Source: the human T2T-CHM13v2.0 reference genome, Homo sapiens. From it: a stretch of 64,000 nucleotides of DNA. This document shows, in pieces, positions 35,941 through 54,916 of this stretch (position 1 is its first letter; each line of letters starts with the position of its first letter). The notes beneath the pieces are model-generated. The model was not told the origin of the DNA and ran no database searches. It saw nothing but the letters and a program-made list of their open reading frames with translations. The stretch lies in NCBI RefSeq assembly GCF_009914755.1, contig NC_060946.1; one strand, given 5' to 3'. Made by a program: the position numbers and the translations under genes.

Positions 35941-36833
35941 GTGAGGCCCAGCTGGCTGGTGGGGCAGGGCAGATTGGAGCCTGTGGGGCCTGAGCCCAGA
36001 ACCCAGCATGGGCACCAGCATGTGGTTGTGGAGTTGGCCCTCTGAGGTCAGCCTGGTGACCTGTCGAGCACCTGCTTGGCTCGTGCCCAACACTGGGCTA
36101 GGCGCCATGTGTCCCTGTGTTCAGCACACATTGGTTGAGTGCCTGCTGTATGCCTGGCCCTGGAGCTCAGCAGGGAGCAGGCCACACTTTGCTGCCACAG
36201 ACAGGGGCCAGCAGGGAGCTGTGCCTCCCCAGGCACATGCTGGGTGGGAGGGCTCTGAGGGCAATGGTGGCAAGTCAGGGCTCCTGGCCTGGTCCCGAGC
36301 TCCACGTTGACTTTCATTCTTTTTCACAGTAGCTAGAGGCTTCGGTTCTGCTGCTGGGTAACATCCCCTTGGCAGTGGCCACGTGATCTGAACTAAGTCA
36401 CGGAGGAAAGTTCTATGACTGGGCTTGCCAGGCTCCAGCTATTTCCTTTTTTGTTTATTTGTATTGCTATATAATGTATTCAACATATTTGTACCTGTAT
36501 TTTTTTCTAAAAATTTGAGTGAGATGACTCAAGTGTCATTGAGGGGGCACGGGCTGGGCTGGAAGAAGGCCTCAGAGCGAGGCTGCTGCCGTGGAGCCTG
36601 GGATTCAGCCCCCACACCCATCACCCTGAGGTGCTGCGGGGCCCACCCAGGGTTGCACTGTGGCCACTGTGTGCAGCAAGCCAAGACAGACACAACAGAC
36701 AGTATCATCGGAGAGCCATTCCTTACTGTGGAGAAGAGGGCATGTACCCCAGGCCTGGAGCGGCACCCCTGCCTCCTGGAGCCCACTCTGGTCAGCTCTC
36801 TGGTCTGCTCACAGCATGGCTGGCATCAGTGGC

Positions 36834-36961
36834 CTTTTTTTCATAATAGATGGGGTCTTGCTATGTGGCCCAGGCTGGTCTCAAACCCCTAGCCTCAAGC
36901 TGTCCTCCTGCCTCGGCCTCCCAAAGTGCTGGGATTACAGGTGTGAGCCACCTCGCCTGGT
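36834..36961 (-). mobile_element. Alu monomer (FLAM-like)
   Basis: Single antisense arm. Confidence 0.8.
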
Positions 36962-37643
36962 CCAAAGGCCTCCTCTTAAATACCATTTCCATTCTGCTGC
37001 TCCCTGCTGAGAGCCCATCAGCGGCTCCGCATTGCCTACCAGGACCAGAATCCACTTGGCAGCACTGAAGACCCTCCCTGAAGACTGAGATATAAAGGCA
37101 TCAAAAAGAGCTTGAGATTTTAAGAAATGACAGACCTCAGCCTTGCCCTTCACCCACCAGTGGCTCATACCTAAGCGCTGCAGACTTTACCCGCACACCT
37201 CTAGACTCTCTTTCTAAAGATACGGAAAGAGGATACCAAACCTCTCTGGTACCAGCCCAACTGTCCCTCCTCACCCCTCTGTCCCTGTCACACCTGTCCT
37301 TTTGTCAAACTGCAGGCAGCCTCCAGGGCCTTGGGGCTTCACCCAGGGCACTTGTCTACCAGCCCCACGAGGTGCGTCCAGGGCTTTCTTGTCACCAGTT
37401 GGGAAAAGCAGGCCTTTTGCCTCTCTCTCCTCTCATCCTGCTCCTGCTGTTCAGCCAGGTTTCCTGCCTGGCTCAGGGTCAGAGTACGGGACAACAGAGG
37501 TTGCTTTTCAGGGGTGAGCAAGGCAGGGTGGTGTGGGAAGGGATGTCATGAGGTGGCAGGCGAGATGGCTCAGGGAGAGCTACCCTGGGCATAGATGGGT
37601 GGGGACCAGGGGTGTGATGGATGTCACCCCGGCACCTCCCCAG

Positions 37644-37755
37644 GTGTTCCTGCATGAAGCCACCGTGCGCCTGATGGCAGGAGCCAGCCCCACCCGCACC
37701 CACCAGCTGCTGGAACACAGCCTGAGGCGGCGCACCACGCAGAGCACCAAGCACG
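37644..37755 (+). CDS. SREBF2: SREBP-2 exon 18
   Basis: [16 protein letters not shown]…QSTKH; ccag| and |gtgagt; 112 nt. Confidence 0.97.
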
Positions 37756-38220
37756 GTGAGTCCACCCCTCCCCAGCTCACAGGCTGGGCCGGGCCCTGCG
37801 CCCTAGGAAGAGAGGAGAAGAGGGGCCAGCCCAGCTCCCACATCTGGCATTGGTGCCCAGCACACCTCTCGCCTCTCTGAGAATGAAAGAAGCCCGAGGC
37901 CGCCCTTGGTGGGTTGCAGGGGTTGGGGTGGTCATGGGTCATGCTGTGATCAGGGAAGGAGGGTTGGGGTGGCGTCCCAGCACAGGTGCAGGCATAGAAG
38001 CAGAAGCTCGAGCCAGGTCATGTGGGCCCATCTCAGCCCCACCACGGGCTGGCCGTGAGAGGCTGGACAAGTTCACTTCTTTTCCGTGGATTGGGTGGGG
38101 CAGCAGACCCCACCTCCCAGGATGGATGTGAGCGTTCAGTGAATGAGTCCAGGTAACGCCAAGGAACTGCACCAACTTCATGGTAGATTCTCGGTTGTGA
38201 CACACATCTCCTTCCCACAG

Positions 38221-38441
38221 GAGAGGTGGATGCCTGGCCCGGCCAGCGAGAGCGGGCCACCGCCATCCTGCTGGCCTGCCGCCACCTGCCCCTCTCCTTC
38301 CTCTCCTCCCCGGGCCAGCGGGCAGTGCTGCTGGCCGAAGCTGCCCGCACCCTGGAGAAGGTGGGCGACCGGCGCTCCTGCAACGACTGCCAGCAGATGA
38401 TTGTTAAGCTGGGTGGTGGCACTGCCATTGCCGCCTCCTGA
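38221..38441 (+). CDS. SREBF2: SREBP-2 exon 19, coding part to TGA
   Basis: EVDAWPGQRERATAILLAC…GGGTAIAAS*; acag| acceptor; exon lengths are consistent with the 1141-aa protein. Confidence 0.98.
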
Positions 38442-40090
38442 CCACCAGGCTCAGCCCACCCCTCCACCTCTCTCTCGATTTCTCTCTCTCCCCCTCAGCA
38501 TCTTCCCGCTGAGAGTGGTGGGGAGGAGCCTTGTCTTCTTAGCTGTCACCTGCCGAGGCTTCTGGGCCACTCAGGCCAGTGCACCCCTGGGCAGAGCCCC
38601 TTAAAGCTGCTGTCACTAGATGCCCATGGTCCAGGGCCTGGTGGGCGTGAGAGGATAGGTGGCAGGGCAGAAACTGGGCAGCCCTGACTTGATAGCAGCA
38701 GGGGGAGCTCCCAAGCTGCTAAGCCCCTGCCTCCAGCCTTCCTGAGTTTCTCTCTCCTGAACCCTACTCTCTCCTTTTTGCTTCCTCAGTTTTTATCAGG
38801 CTTTCTCTGGGGGACAGCAGTCTCTGAGCACCAGGGAGCAGTTGCCCTCAGGCCTGTGCCCAGCATGCCCTCCCCTTTTTATACGAATGTTTTCTACCAG
38901 TGTGCTTGGGTTTGCCATGATGCGAGGCTGAGTTGCTGTAGCGTCTTGATTCTCTCCCTGGGTCTGCGTTCCCTCCCCTGGGCCTGACTGAGCCTGCTCA
39001 TTGTTTTTCCCTTTATTACACAGGACAGCCAGGGGAGGAGGGGGGCCCAGCCCTGGGAGGCTGGTGGGAGGCAGGGGGCAGGCCTGCGGATGCATGAAAT
39101 AATGTTGGCATTATTTTTTAATTTTTTAAAAAATAAATGGTATCTTATTTAATTGTCCTGTTCCTTCCCACTCCCCGCCTCCTAGGATGTTAGCCCAAGC
39201 TCAGGGTAGGCCCAGGGGGCTGGGAGAAATGAAGCCACCCATGGGGACTGGGGACCAGGGGCCTTCAGCATGGCTTCTAGGTTCCCTCCTCCCCCTACCC
39301 CATCTCCTACCTCCACAGTACAGACTGTCCCCAACTTAACAGTGGTTCAACTTAAACCATGTTTCAACTTTACAATTGGTCTGTTGGGGTATTAAATGAA
39401 TTTGTGACTTAGGATATTTTCATTTATGATGGGTTTATCAGGAAGTAACCCCATGGTAAGTTGAGGCATATCTGTATATATTTAAACCTAATTAATTCTT
39501 GAGCTGAAAATAAATAAACCAGGATGGCAGGGACCAACCCCTAATCCCTCCCCAGCGGCAAGCCCCTCTTTTCAGAGTGGGCAGAGGGTTGCCTATGGTG
39601 GGCACTAGGAATGAGGTCCCCTGCCTCGATGCGGGTCCTAGGAGAAAAAGTCCTACTTTTCTGGGTCCCCAGGTGCAGCACCTCCCGGAGACTGTTTCTC
39701 CCATGGCCTCCTGAGTGATGGGCCCTGCCTCCCTGTGCCTCATCCTCAGGCTGGTTGGAGCAGAGGGTGGGCAGGAGCCCCAGCACAGACTGGGGGGTGC
39801 TCACAGCAGGGCCACCTTGATGCAGGCTGGAATGTTATCCCTGGGGTGTGCTTGGACCCCACCTGCTTTCTTTCTCTCCTGCCCCTCCCCTACTCTCACT
39901 GTAATTTATGGACCCTGCCCGCCTGCGTGTTGTGTGTATGTCCTGTGCCTTTTCTCACTATTGTTTGGGTGTGGGAGGGGGTGGTTTTTCACTGAAAAGG
40001 GGGGTACACCTATAGCTTTCTTGATGTTCAATCAATCAGTCACTGTGTCCCAGACATATTCAATAAACACAGATTGGTACCACCCAGCAC
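38442..40090 (+). other. SREBF2: SREBF2 3'UTR with tandem poly(A) signals
   Basis: AATAAA at 39132, 39509/39513 and 40062; the last is followed by a GU-rich stretch; 3' end approximate. Confidence 0.8.
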
Positions 40091-41588
40091 GAGGTGTGTG
40101 AGGGTCTGTAGTGCGACTGCTGTGGTGCCCAGCCAAGGGGCTGCGTGACTTGGCAGGCAATGGGCCAGGGACTGAGGGCAGCCCCCCAACTGCTGAGAGG
40201 GCCCCTGGCTTCAGTCTAATGGGCCTCCCTTGTCCACCTTCCTTCCGGTGCCTGGCGCACCCTCCAGCCTGGGATAAAAGGGCTGTGGGTGGCACTTTGG
40301 GGGTCAGAGGTCACTGTATCCAGGTTCCAGCTTGTTCCCTGGATGTAATGCAGGCTGGCTGACAGATTTGGGGTGCTGACCCTCTCCCCCACTGGGTAAA
40401 CTGCTCCTTAGTTTCTCCCTCCCTGAAGTCAGTGATCCTCTGAGCCAGGAGGCTCACTGGCCCACAAGTCAGATCCAAGTCCAGGTCCTGTGCTTCCCAG
40501 GTGGGTCACCTGGGGTGGGACCTGGCCTCAGTCTCCACTTCCACGTGTGCAGAATTGGGAAGCTAAGCTCAGCCATGAACTGCAGCTCCAAAGGCTTGTC
40601 TGCCAGGACTGAGTGGTGGGATGCAAGTTTACAGCGAGTGCCTTGTGTGGCTGGTGAGGCCAGGCTTGGCGTAAGACACACCAGGGGACAGGACCACAGA
40701 CTGGGATGGGAGTGCTGGGCCTCGTCGCAAGAGGAGTCAGGATGTGACTGAGCATGTGGCTGAGTCCCTCAGCTATGAGCCACATCCTTCTCTGAAGGGT
40801 AGTCACAGCAGGCTACCCTGAGACCAGAGCAGCCCGGTGAGGCCCAATTGCAGCTGGTCCCGTGCACAGCTCCATCATTTTCAGGGATGGCCACTGCCCA
40901 CAGCCTCAGCCTGGCTCCACTGGGATGGAGATCCAGGGCCCTTGGAACTGAGAATGAGCAGGGGGAATTGCCCACTCTTGGCACAGCCCAGCAGGGGGTG
41001 GGAGGTGGGGTGAGAAGCAACCAGATTCCTTTGTGAGTCTGTGTAGGCTCCATGCCTCAGCCCCCACCCTCCTCCAGCTCTGCACAGCTGTGGGACAGGG
41101 GCAGGACCGTGGGCCCAGAGCTCTGTCCTGGTGCTTCTAGGCCTTGGTTTCCTTAACAGCCTAAAGGGACAGGGAGGTGGACCCTTTGTGGCAGGAGCGG
41201 AGACCGGGCCTGGTGGGTTCTGGGGCCTCAGGGCAGCCCAACCAGCAGAAGGAAAGCTCCAGACTGTTTATATATACCCTGGGAACAGGGACCCCTCCCT
41301 ACCAACCCTCAGAACCCTCCCTCCCAGCCAAACTGCCTGTTGCTTGCCATTCCAGCCGATTCACAGCAATTCGGGAGAGTCCTAACCTGGGAGTCTGCTG
41401 GGTGACCTTGGGCAAGCTACTTAGGTTTCAAAACCCAAATTTCCTCCTCTGTAAAGACACACCCACTTGAGGCGCTTGTGGATTTCCTGAGAAAGGCCAA
41501 CAAATGGTGGCCATTGTTCTTAAAACAGTACACCACACTTCAGGTACTCAGGAGGGAAACAGACCCACCTGGGTGGCTTTGCTGAGGT

Positions 41589-41815
41589 CACACACCTCAA
41601 CCAGCCACAGCCCTGGCCCCTAGCCTCCCCACATCACACACCTCAACCAGCCACAGCCCTGGCCCCTAGCCTCCCCACATCACACACCTCAACCAGCCAC
41701 AGCCCTGGCCCCTAGCCTCCCCACATCACACACCTCAACCAGCCACAGCCCTGGCCCCTAGCCTCCCCACATCACACACCTCAACCAGCCACAGCCCTGA
41801 CCCCTAGCCTCCCCA
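41589..41815. repeat. 46-bp minisatellite, about 4.9 near-identical copies
   Basis: Unit CACACACCTCAACCAGCCACAGCCCTGGCCCCTAGCCTCCCCACAT starts at 41589, 41635, 41681, 41727 and 41773. Confidence 0.97.
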
Positions 41816-42440
41816 GTGTTACCTGGCGGAGAGGAACTCTGTGGAAGATGCACGCAGACTGCTAGCAGTGCTCTGGACCACAGCCAGGTGCAGGAAGCCC
41901 TCCCGGAGGGACACTGCCAGGGACCCTGCTCCAGCTTTTCCCCCATTTCCTTCAGAGAAGCTCCTGGGAGGAGGCGCCCCCATCCGGAGCACCAGATGTC
42001 CACACGGCCCACACCCATTAAGGGGGGTAGCCCGGGGCCAATCTGGCCAAGCGACCTGCAGGCCAGGGGCTGGCCCACAGCCAGTGGTCAGTGAGCATCA
42101 GCCAGGTTCAGCCAACTCAAGCTGCAGAGTGGCGGCTGGAGGGGGCTCACCTTCAGTACAGGGCATGGACCCCCCACTGGGCCTTGGACCCAACAGCCCT
42201 CTCTCCTGTGCCCGGGCCTTTCTATGGCTGAAGTCTAACTGTTCCCTCTCTCCCAGGGCTCCCACGGGGGTGGGCATTAACCCTGACATTCAACCCTGGC
42301 CCCCCTCTCCAGCCACTTCCCCCTGGCTCTGGCCGGTGCACTGGAGCAGTCCTCCAACCTTGCACTCGCCGTGCCCTCTGCCTGCACTGCCATCTGTACA
42401 GTCAGTGACCAATGGTGCCTCGCAGCCACGCTGGGGCTTC

Positions 42441-42446
42441 TTTATT
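42441..42446 (-). terminator. SHISA8: SHISA8 poly(A) signal
   Basis: TTTATT on + (AATAAA on -), about 190 nt after the stop codon. Confidence 0.75.
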
Positions 42447-42637
42447 CTCAGGGGCAGGAACCACATAAAAGGGCTTATTTACAAGACGAACCCGCGGCCT
42501 GCAGGCTCCAAGACACCACTGCCGTTGAGGCAGACAGAAGAGCTGGCCTTACGGCAGGCGCTCCTCTCCCTGTGGCCTGAGGCTCCGACGGGCAGACAGG
42601 ACCCCAGCCCATGCCTCGAGGGCACCGCGGCCCCGCT

Positions 42638-43830
<1,193 letters not shown>

Positions 43831-43873
43831 TCACAGCCCCGGCCAGCAAATCCTGCATCTGGAACCTTCCTCA

Positions 43874-44263
<390 letters not shown>

Positions 44264-44511
44264 TCATCAAAAGCCAGCCCCGGCCACCACCGTCTCACCG
44301 TGTGGCCCTGGGCAGTTCTTTCGGCCTCTCCAGGCCGTCCTCTCCGGTGCTCGAAATCACGCACGAGTTTCCCCTCCCAGGCAGTATCTGCCAGCCTCAC
44401 CTGTGGCCCCAAGACAGCTGCTTCCCAGAGCAGGTCAGGAAACTCTAATGAGGCTCCCCTTCCCTCCCCTCCCCTCCCTGGAGCCCACTCTCAGGGACCT
44501 TCCCCAGGTGA

Positions 44512-45114
<603 letters not shown>

Positions 45115-46649
45115 TGATGTGACAGTGTCTGCAGCCCAGCTGCCTTCAGAACTCGGAACCCATGATTTTCTCCCACTCAGCCTGACCCTCCTTCCGGGGC
45201 TAGAGCCTCAAATGGCTGATTCGTGAAGGTCATTCAGGAGGCAGGACACCAGGGATGGCCGAGGTTTGGCTTCAGGTTTGGTGGCAGGGTCTGAAACCAT
45301 CCTAGTACCTGCCTGGGCTGACCTTCCTGCCCTGCCCTCTCCCCAGAGGCTCACCTCTGTGGCCTCATCTCTGGGCAAGCACCTCAAGCTCCTGTCTCCC
45401 TGACAGCTGAGTAACCACCACGCCTCTGGGCCTTTGCACAAACTCTTTCCAGATGCCCCGCCCAAGCCCTCTGAGAAGCCTTCCCTGGCCTTCAACCCCA
45501 ACACAGCAGAATGAAGGGTGAGACTCGAGGGGAGGACAGGGACTCAGGACACACCCACACACAAGCCTACGTCCCATTCCAGGTCTCCCCAGCAGAGAAA
45601 AGGGAGTCGGGGCCATGGGAGCCTGAAGCCCAGAAAGGAGAAGGGACTGGCCTACACCACACAGCACAGCAAGGGTGGGCATGGCTTTCCTGCGGCATCA
45701 CCAAACCTGCTGCCCCATCCCCAGCAGGTGCAGGGAGTTCAGGATGAACATGTCAGCTGGGCTGCTGCAGCCACCCCTCACCATCGCAGCCCTAAGTTCC
45801 TTTTTCCCCGCCCCTGTCAAAGACATATCCAGGCCTCTTCCAAGCTACCCTCACCCATCATGGGGGACCCCCAAATTTGGGCAGCCCAGCCCCTACCCCT
45901 GCAGCATCCAGAAGCCAGGCCAGGAGGCTCCACCTCCTGAAGGCAGTGCAGAAGCTGAGGGTGGAGGCCAGGGTGCCAGCCCGGGCTTCCCTTAGAGCTC
46001 CCTGGGAGAAAGTGGGCTACGTGGTTTCGGGAGCGAGGGGTGCTGAAGTGCCAAGGAAGCCCTCACCCCCTGCCTCTGAGGCCCAGGAGGGGGAAGTGTC
46101 CACATCTGGCCTACCAGGGTATGAAGGCTTCTCTATGGTCACTTTTAAATACCAGCCTGTCACATTCGGTGTCAGCAGCCCACAGGCCCAAAGGGTGCTG
46201 GGACCGGGTGGATGAGGAGGGCACAGGCCCCAGGGCATGGGGGTTGCTGGGGGCATGTGAGTGCCACGTGTGGCATGTGGGTGGGAGTTCCAGGGTCAGG
46301 ACACATAGAGTCCTAGAGTCCTCGTTCCAACCGAGGAAGGGGACCTGGACCCTGTAGTGCCCACTTCACACCAAGCTCAGAATGCAACAAGCACCTGTCC
46401 TGGCCTCAGCAACACACGACTGTGTTCCAGAGTCCCCTTTCTACGCAGAGGGAGCCCTGACCTTCACCTGGGAGCTGTGGCATGGGGTGAGTGGGGGGAG
46501 GCCTTTGAAACCCAAGGAAGGAAGGGCAGCCTTGAGTCACAGCTGTGGGGGCAGGGGAGAGGCAGGAGGTGGAAGAGGGGAGGGAGGAGTGGGGAGAAGC
46601 AGGAGATGGGCACCCAGAGAACCAAGCGCCCCTTCCTTTCCCGTGCCCA

Positions 46650-48720
<2,071 letters not shown>

Positions 48721-49495
48721 TTGAGTTGAACTGGAGAAGGTCCTGGTGCTTGGCTTCTCCCTGCCTCAGTATCTCATCTTAACATCAAAGACTCTTCCTG
48801 GAGGGCAGACTCATAATCTGCCCCTTCCAGGAGATAGGGGTCGATATGGAACCTCCCTCTGTCCAGACGGAAACAGCAGGAGGGCAAGGACTGGGCGTGC
48901 AATTCACCCAGTGTGCAGCTCAGGCCTCTGTCGGCATTTGCTGAATGAATAAATGAATGAAAGGACTCCAGCGCCTAGTTTCTGTGAGATGAAACATTTG
49001 GGGCTCCCTAGGGTCCCTCCTGGTCCCCTTTCCATCCGTCCTTCTCTCAGCAACTGGGACCAGCTTATGAAAGTGGAGAAGGTGGGGGAGAAGAAGAGGA
49101 AGGATTTACATTTTAAGGAGGATCAAGTCTGTTGCCTGACATGAGGGGCTGACAGACTAATTTCAGGTATTAATGGGTTCAGACAGGAAGAGGAGGTGAC
49201 CTCCCCACTCAGAGCTTCTCCTTGTGCCCTGGCCAAAGACAGCCTGCTCCCTCCACCTACACACACACATGTGCACACACATGTACACACACTTCCCATC
49301 CAGCCCCGAAAACCCACCCTCATTAAAGAACCCCTTATTACCAGTTTAGAAGAAAAAACACAGATGAACAAAGGAATTAAATGAAATTGCTTTAATCCCA
49401 TGTCCAGAGACAACCACACTAAAATATGCCACATTTACATGCTGGATTGTAACTAGTTTGTGGTTTACTTTTTGCCATCCTTAAACTTTTCGTTT

Positions 49496-49838
<343 letters not shown>

Positions 49839-51198
49839 TCAGAGCTTCTGAGCTCTACTTTCTGGAGCGTCCTTTCCTGCTTCCTTTCCTTAGGGCCATT
49901 CCTAGAAATGGAATCCGTGGCACAACCCGTATCACTGGTATTGAAGTCCCCACCGCCCTCTGCCCACTGCCCTGGAGGCTGCAGGAGCTCTGAGGGGGGC
50001 CTCTTCTCCCACCTTTCCCACCCGTTGCCGGGCACTGGGTTGAAAGAGGCTTGTCTCTGCCCCCTTGGAACTGGGGCCTCTTCCAAGTTAGAGTGAGGGG
50101 TCAGAGCAAGTCTCCCAGTGCTCCCCCTTCCTGGACACCCTCCTGCCCCCACCGTCCTGGCACTGGGTGCTTTCCTCATGTTGAACCCATCAGGCCTTCA
50201 CATACATATACATAGTGACAGCCATTTGTCCAATGAAGGAAGTGGATTCCAGCCCCTCCCAGGGACTGATGTCCAACCCCCAACACCACCCCCCACCCCC
50301 CACCACACACACACCTTCCTCCCCGTCTCAATCTGATTCAGTGGTCAGCCAGCAGCCATAGGTAACCATAACTACTGGGTCTGTGCCAGGCACTGGATAC
50401 CCTCTTCTCTCCATGGGAACACCTGGCCGCGGGGAGTGAGTGGAGCAGGAGAGGGCAGCTGTGAACACAGAGCCCAGCTGACCCTGACTGGCTGAGTCCT
50501 GGGATCTGATCGCCCATTCAGCTGACACTGCCCCAGGTGCCTGGCCATGTGCCGGGTGAGGGGATCTGGAGATAGAGCAGCCCGGCCGAGGAGTGACCCC
50601 TTTGCCCTGGACCCCGGGGTCTCTCACCCCATCAAGGCTCCAGGGCAGCCACCCCTTATCTCTTCTGCCTGCCCCCCTCCACTACCACTAAGCCTGTGTC
50701 ACCAAAACTCATCCATTGATCCAGGCTTAAAATAACCCCTGGCATCTGCAGCAAGCCCCGCGGGGCGGGCAGAGGAGCCGAGTCCCTGCTCCTGAAGGGC
50801 ACCCGCCCCGCCCCCAGCTCCCAATGCTGGCAGCTCGAGTGTGCGGGTGTCTGCGTGTGTTTGGGTGACAGCAAGAGTGTGCATGTCTGGGGCTAGCATG
50901 ACTATGAGGGCCTTCCCTGCACGGTGGGCATGTGTGTGCACACGTGTTTGTCAGCATACATGCTCCTGTGCACGAACGGCCTTCTTCCATGTCCAGCCCT
51001 CACCTGGTGCTCAGTTCTGGCTGGGGAAGGCTGGGGGCCCTGAGAGGTGTGGACATGACAAACAGCCTGTGCTGGGCCTCAGTGTCCCCATTTTAGGTGG
51101 TGGGTGACCAGTCTGCCAGCTCTGCTGAGCCCTGGGAAAGGTTTGGGATTTCCTAGAGAGAAACTCAAGACTCAGAGAGAGGAAGTGACTTGCTGTGA

Positions 51199-52024
<826 letters not shown>

Positions 52025-52359
52025 TTTATCCTTTATTTTGGAGCCAGGCTGACCGGGTTGGAATTCCTGCTCTTCAGGGCCATTCAACCTTTCTAGGCCT
52101 CAGTTTTGTCATCTGCAAGATGGGCTACCAGCATTTCGGCAGGGTTACAGGGAGAAGCAGTGGGCCCCAGAGACACTGAAGCCAGGCTGAGAAGACCGTG
52201 ACCGCGGATGCCACCCACAAGCCTCCAAGGCTTCATTCCTAAGCTAATTTCACTTCCATTTCCTCAATGATGCAGTTACCCAAGAAGCAGAGGCTCTTGG
52301 GGACTCTGGGCTCCCTGCTGGTGCAAATGCCGATACCAGGAGGGGTTCTGGAGGGAGGG

Positions 52360-53300
52360 CCCACGGCTGTCTTTGTCTCCCGCGAGGCAACTCTGACTCA
52401 GGCTCCAGCTGCCCGTGGGAGGGAGGGGGCGCCCGGGCTCCTGAGGTCGCCAGGGAGCGGCGGGACTGGGAGGCTCCAAAGCCCTCAGTGTACGTGCGAA
52501 TCCGGAGCGGACACCGAGACCTTAGCGCGGGAACCAAGAGAGGACAGAGCTCCACGGAGGCCACAGCGCGTGCACGGGGACAGGTGCGCCCTCCCCGGCA
52601 GCCCCCCTGCTCCTCGGTCACAGTTCTGTGCGGAGGCGTCTTGCGCCCTCTCCCCTGAGCCTCGCCCTTGAGTCGGGGCCGTGGGCCGCATCCAGGCCCC
52701 CAGGGCTCGGGATGCGCGTGAGGACCCGGACTCCCGAGGGCGCAGAGGTCGGGAGCCCGAAGCAGGCGCCCTTGGCCTTGGTCCCGCCCCTTATCCGGTC
52801 CCAAGCTTTTTCCTCGCCCCTTGGCCTTGACTCCACCCCTTAGGCATGCCGCTGGCCCCGCCCCTTTCCGGCCACCTTGAGGCTTGGGGGTCCCTCAGCC
52901 CCGCCTCTCTTCTTGACCCCGCCCCTTGGCAGCACCCCCTACCCCCGCCCCACGTCCAAATCTCCCGGGGCCGGTGGTGGCCGGGGCTGACGGCGGAAGC
53001 CGCGCAGAGACTCGCTTGCCCCGAAGTCGCTGGATTCGGGCCTGGATCCCAGATTATCCGCAGCCTAGGGGAGTGGAGAGATGCCCAAGGTTCCTCTGGG
53101 TCCCGGGACCCCAGTAGCGTCCCTCCCCCCGTCCCCCACGCCAACCACTGAGCGCCCTTCGGAGTCCCGGGAGGAAAGCGTAGGGGCGGGGAACTCTGGC
53201 ATCTCTCTCCTCCCGGTTGCTCCCCGACTCTGCCCCGCTATTCCGCTATTTGGGGCAGTCGTTTCTACCGCACCCCCATTCTCTCCCCACCCTCGGGTCA
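52360..53300. promoter_or_regulatory. Orphan CpG island with clustered GC boxes
   Basis: CpG-rich; repeated CCCCGCCCC/CCCGCCCC at about 52783-52950; GGCGGAAG at about 52992; no exon recognised. Confidence 0.75.
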
Positions 53301-54159
53301 TGAGGGCAGGACCAGGCCTGCTCACACCTCCCTGCTGGGGGCGTTCCCTGGCTCTACCAGGGGTCCCTCTGTCCCTACATGCCACAGGACCTCTTCAATC
53401 TCCAAGGACAGCTAGGTGGGCCTCAAGAGCCCCATTTTGCAGATGGGAAGAGGGGCCCAGAGAGTTGAGGCCCAGTGAGATGCTACCAGCTTGCAGGGAT
53501 AGTGCTGTGTTGAGCCATCCCTGCTGAAACGAAAGTGGGGGGTCAGGCCTTCCTCCCTGGCCTCACCAGCTGGGCCTCCACAACCCCTCCTGGAGCCCCC
53601 AGCCTCTGGCTACCAGGCAGGAAGTGAAAGGGGCCTGCAGGAAGCCCCAGGAGGAAGCGAGACTTCAGCCAGGCCTGCCCCCACCGGCCAGGGCCCTGGG
53701 GACCTGGTGGGAATCAGACCCTCCTTCAGGAAAAGCTGGCCCGAAACACAGGCTCAGAGAGAGGCCTTTTCCCTTCAGTTCCCACCCGCAAAACGGCGCT
53801 TCCAGAGTCTGTCTGGGATCCCTCTTATCAAAATGAGAGAACAGTTGGGGAGAAAATCTGAGTAGTGATGAAACCAGGGAGTGGGGCCTGGCATCAGTCC
53901 CCGAGTTCTCCGCTCCCAAGGAGGGGGTCCGGGCCAATGACATTCTGCTGGGCAGGCATGGCCGCCAAGCGCAGGAGCCCAGGGTTCGCCCAGCTCCACC
54001 ACCCACCTGTTGTATCTTGGGCCGGATCCCATTACCTCACAGGGCCTCTCTTTTCCTATCTGCAAACTGGACCATATAATCCCTCCTCATGGATGTGAAA
54101 TGGTCTAGATTTTCAGGAGAAAATTTGGACCAACAGGGACCTTTAAAAAGGTCAAGGCT

Positions 54160-54771
<612 letters not shown>

Positions 54772-54910
54772 GTCAAGGCCTTTGGCGCAACAACTGTGCT
54801 GGGAAACAGAGACTCCTGCACAGGCGCATGTGGCCTGTGCCGTCTTGGCCACAACAGCAAAAACCAAAGTATCCAAATGCCCAGGTGGAAAACCTTACCA
54901 TGTTGAAAAC

Positions 54911-54916
54911 TTTATT
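54911..54916 (-). terminator. TNFRSF13C: Distal poly(A) signal of the long TNFRSF13C 3'UTR
   Basis: TTTATT on + in AT-rich context, about 3.3 kb after the stop codon. Confidence 0.65.

Noticed and set aside
41589-41815. Regular repeats resembling a CRISPR array or an SRE array
   Set aside because: No unique spacers and the DNA is eukaryotic; ATCACACACC differs from the SRE ATCACCCCAC at three positions
52250-52804. 184-aa - strand ORF in the orphan CpG island
   Set aside because: Low complexity, no clear initiation context, no recognisable domain or splice structure
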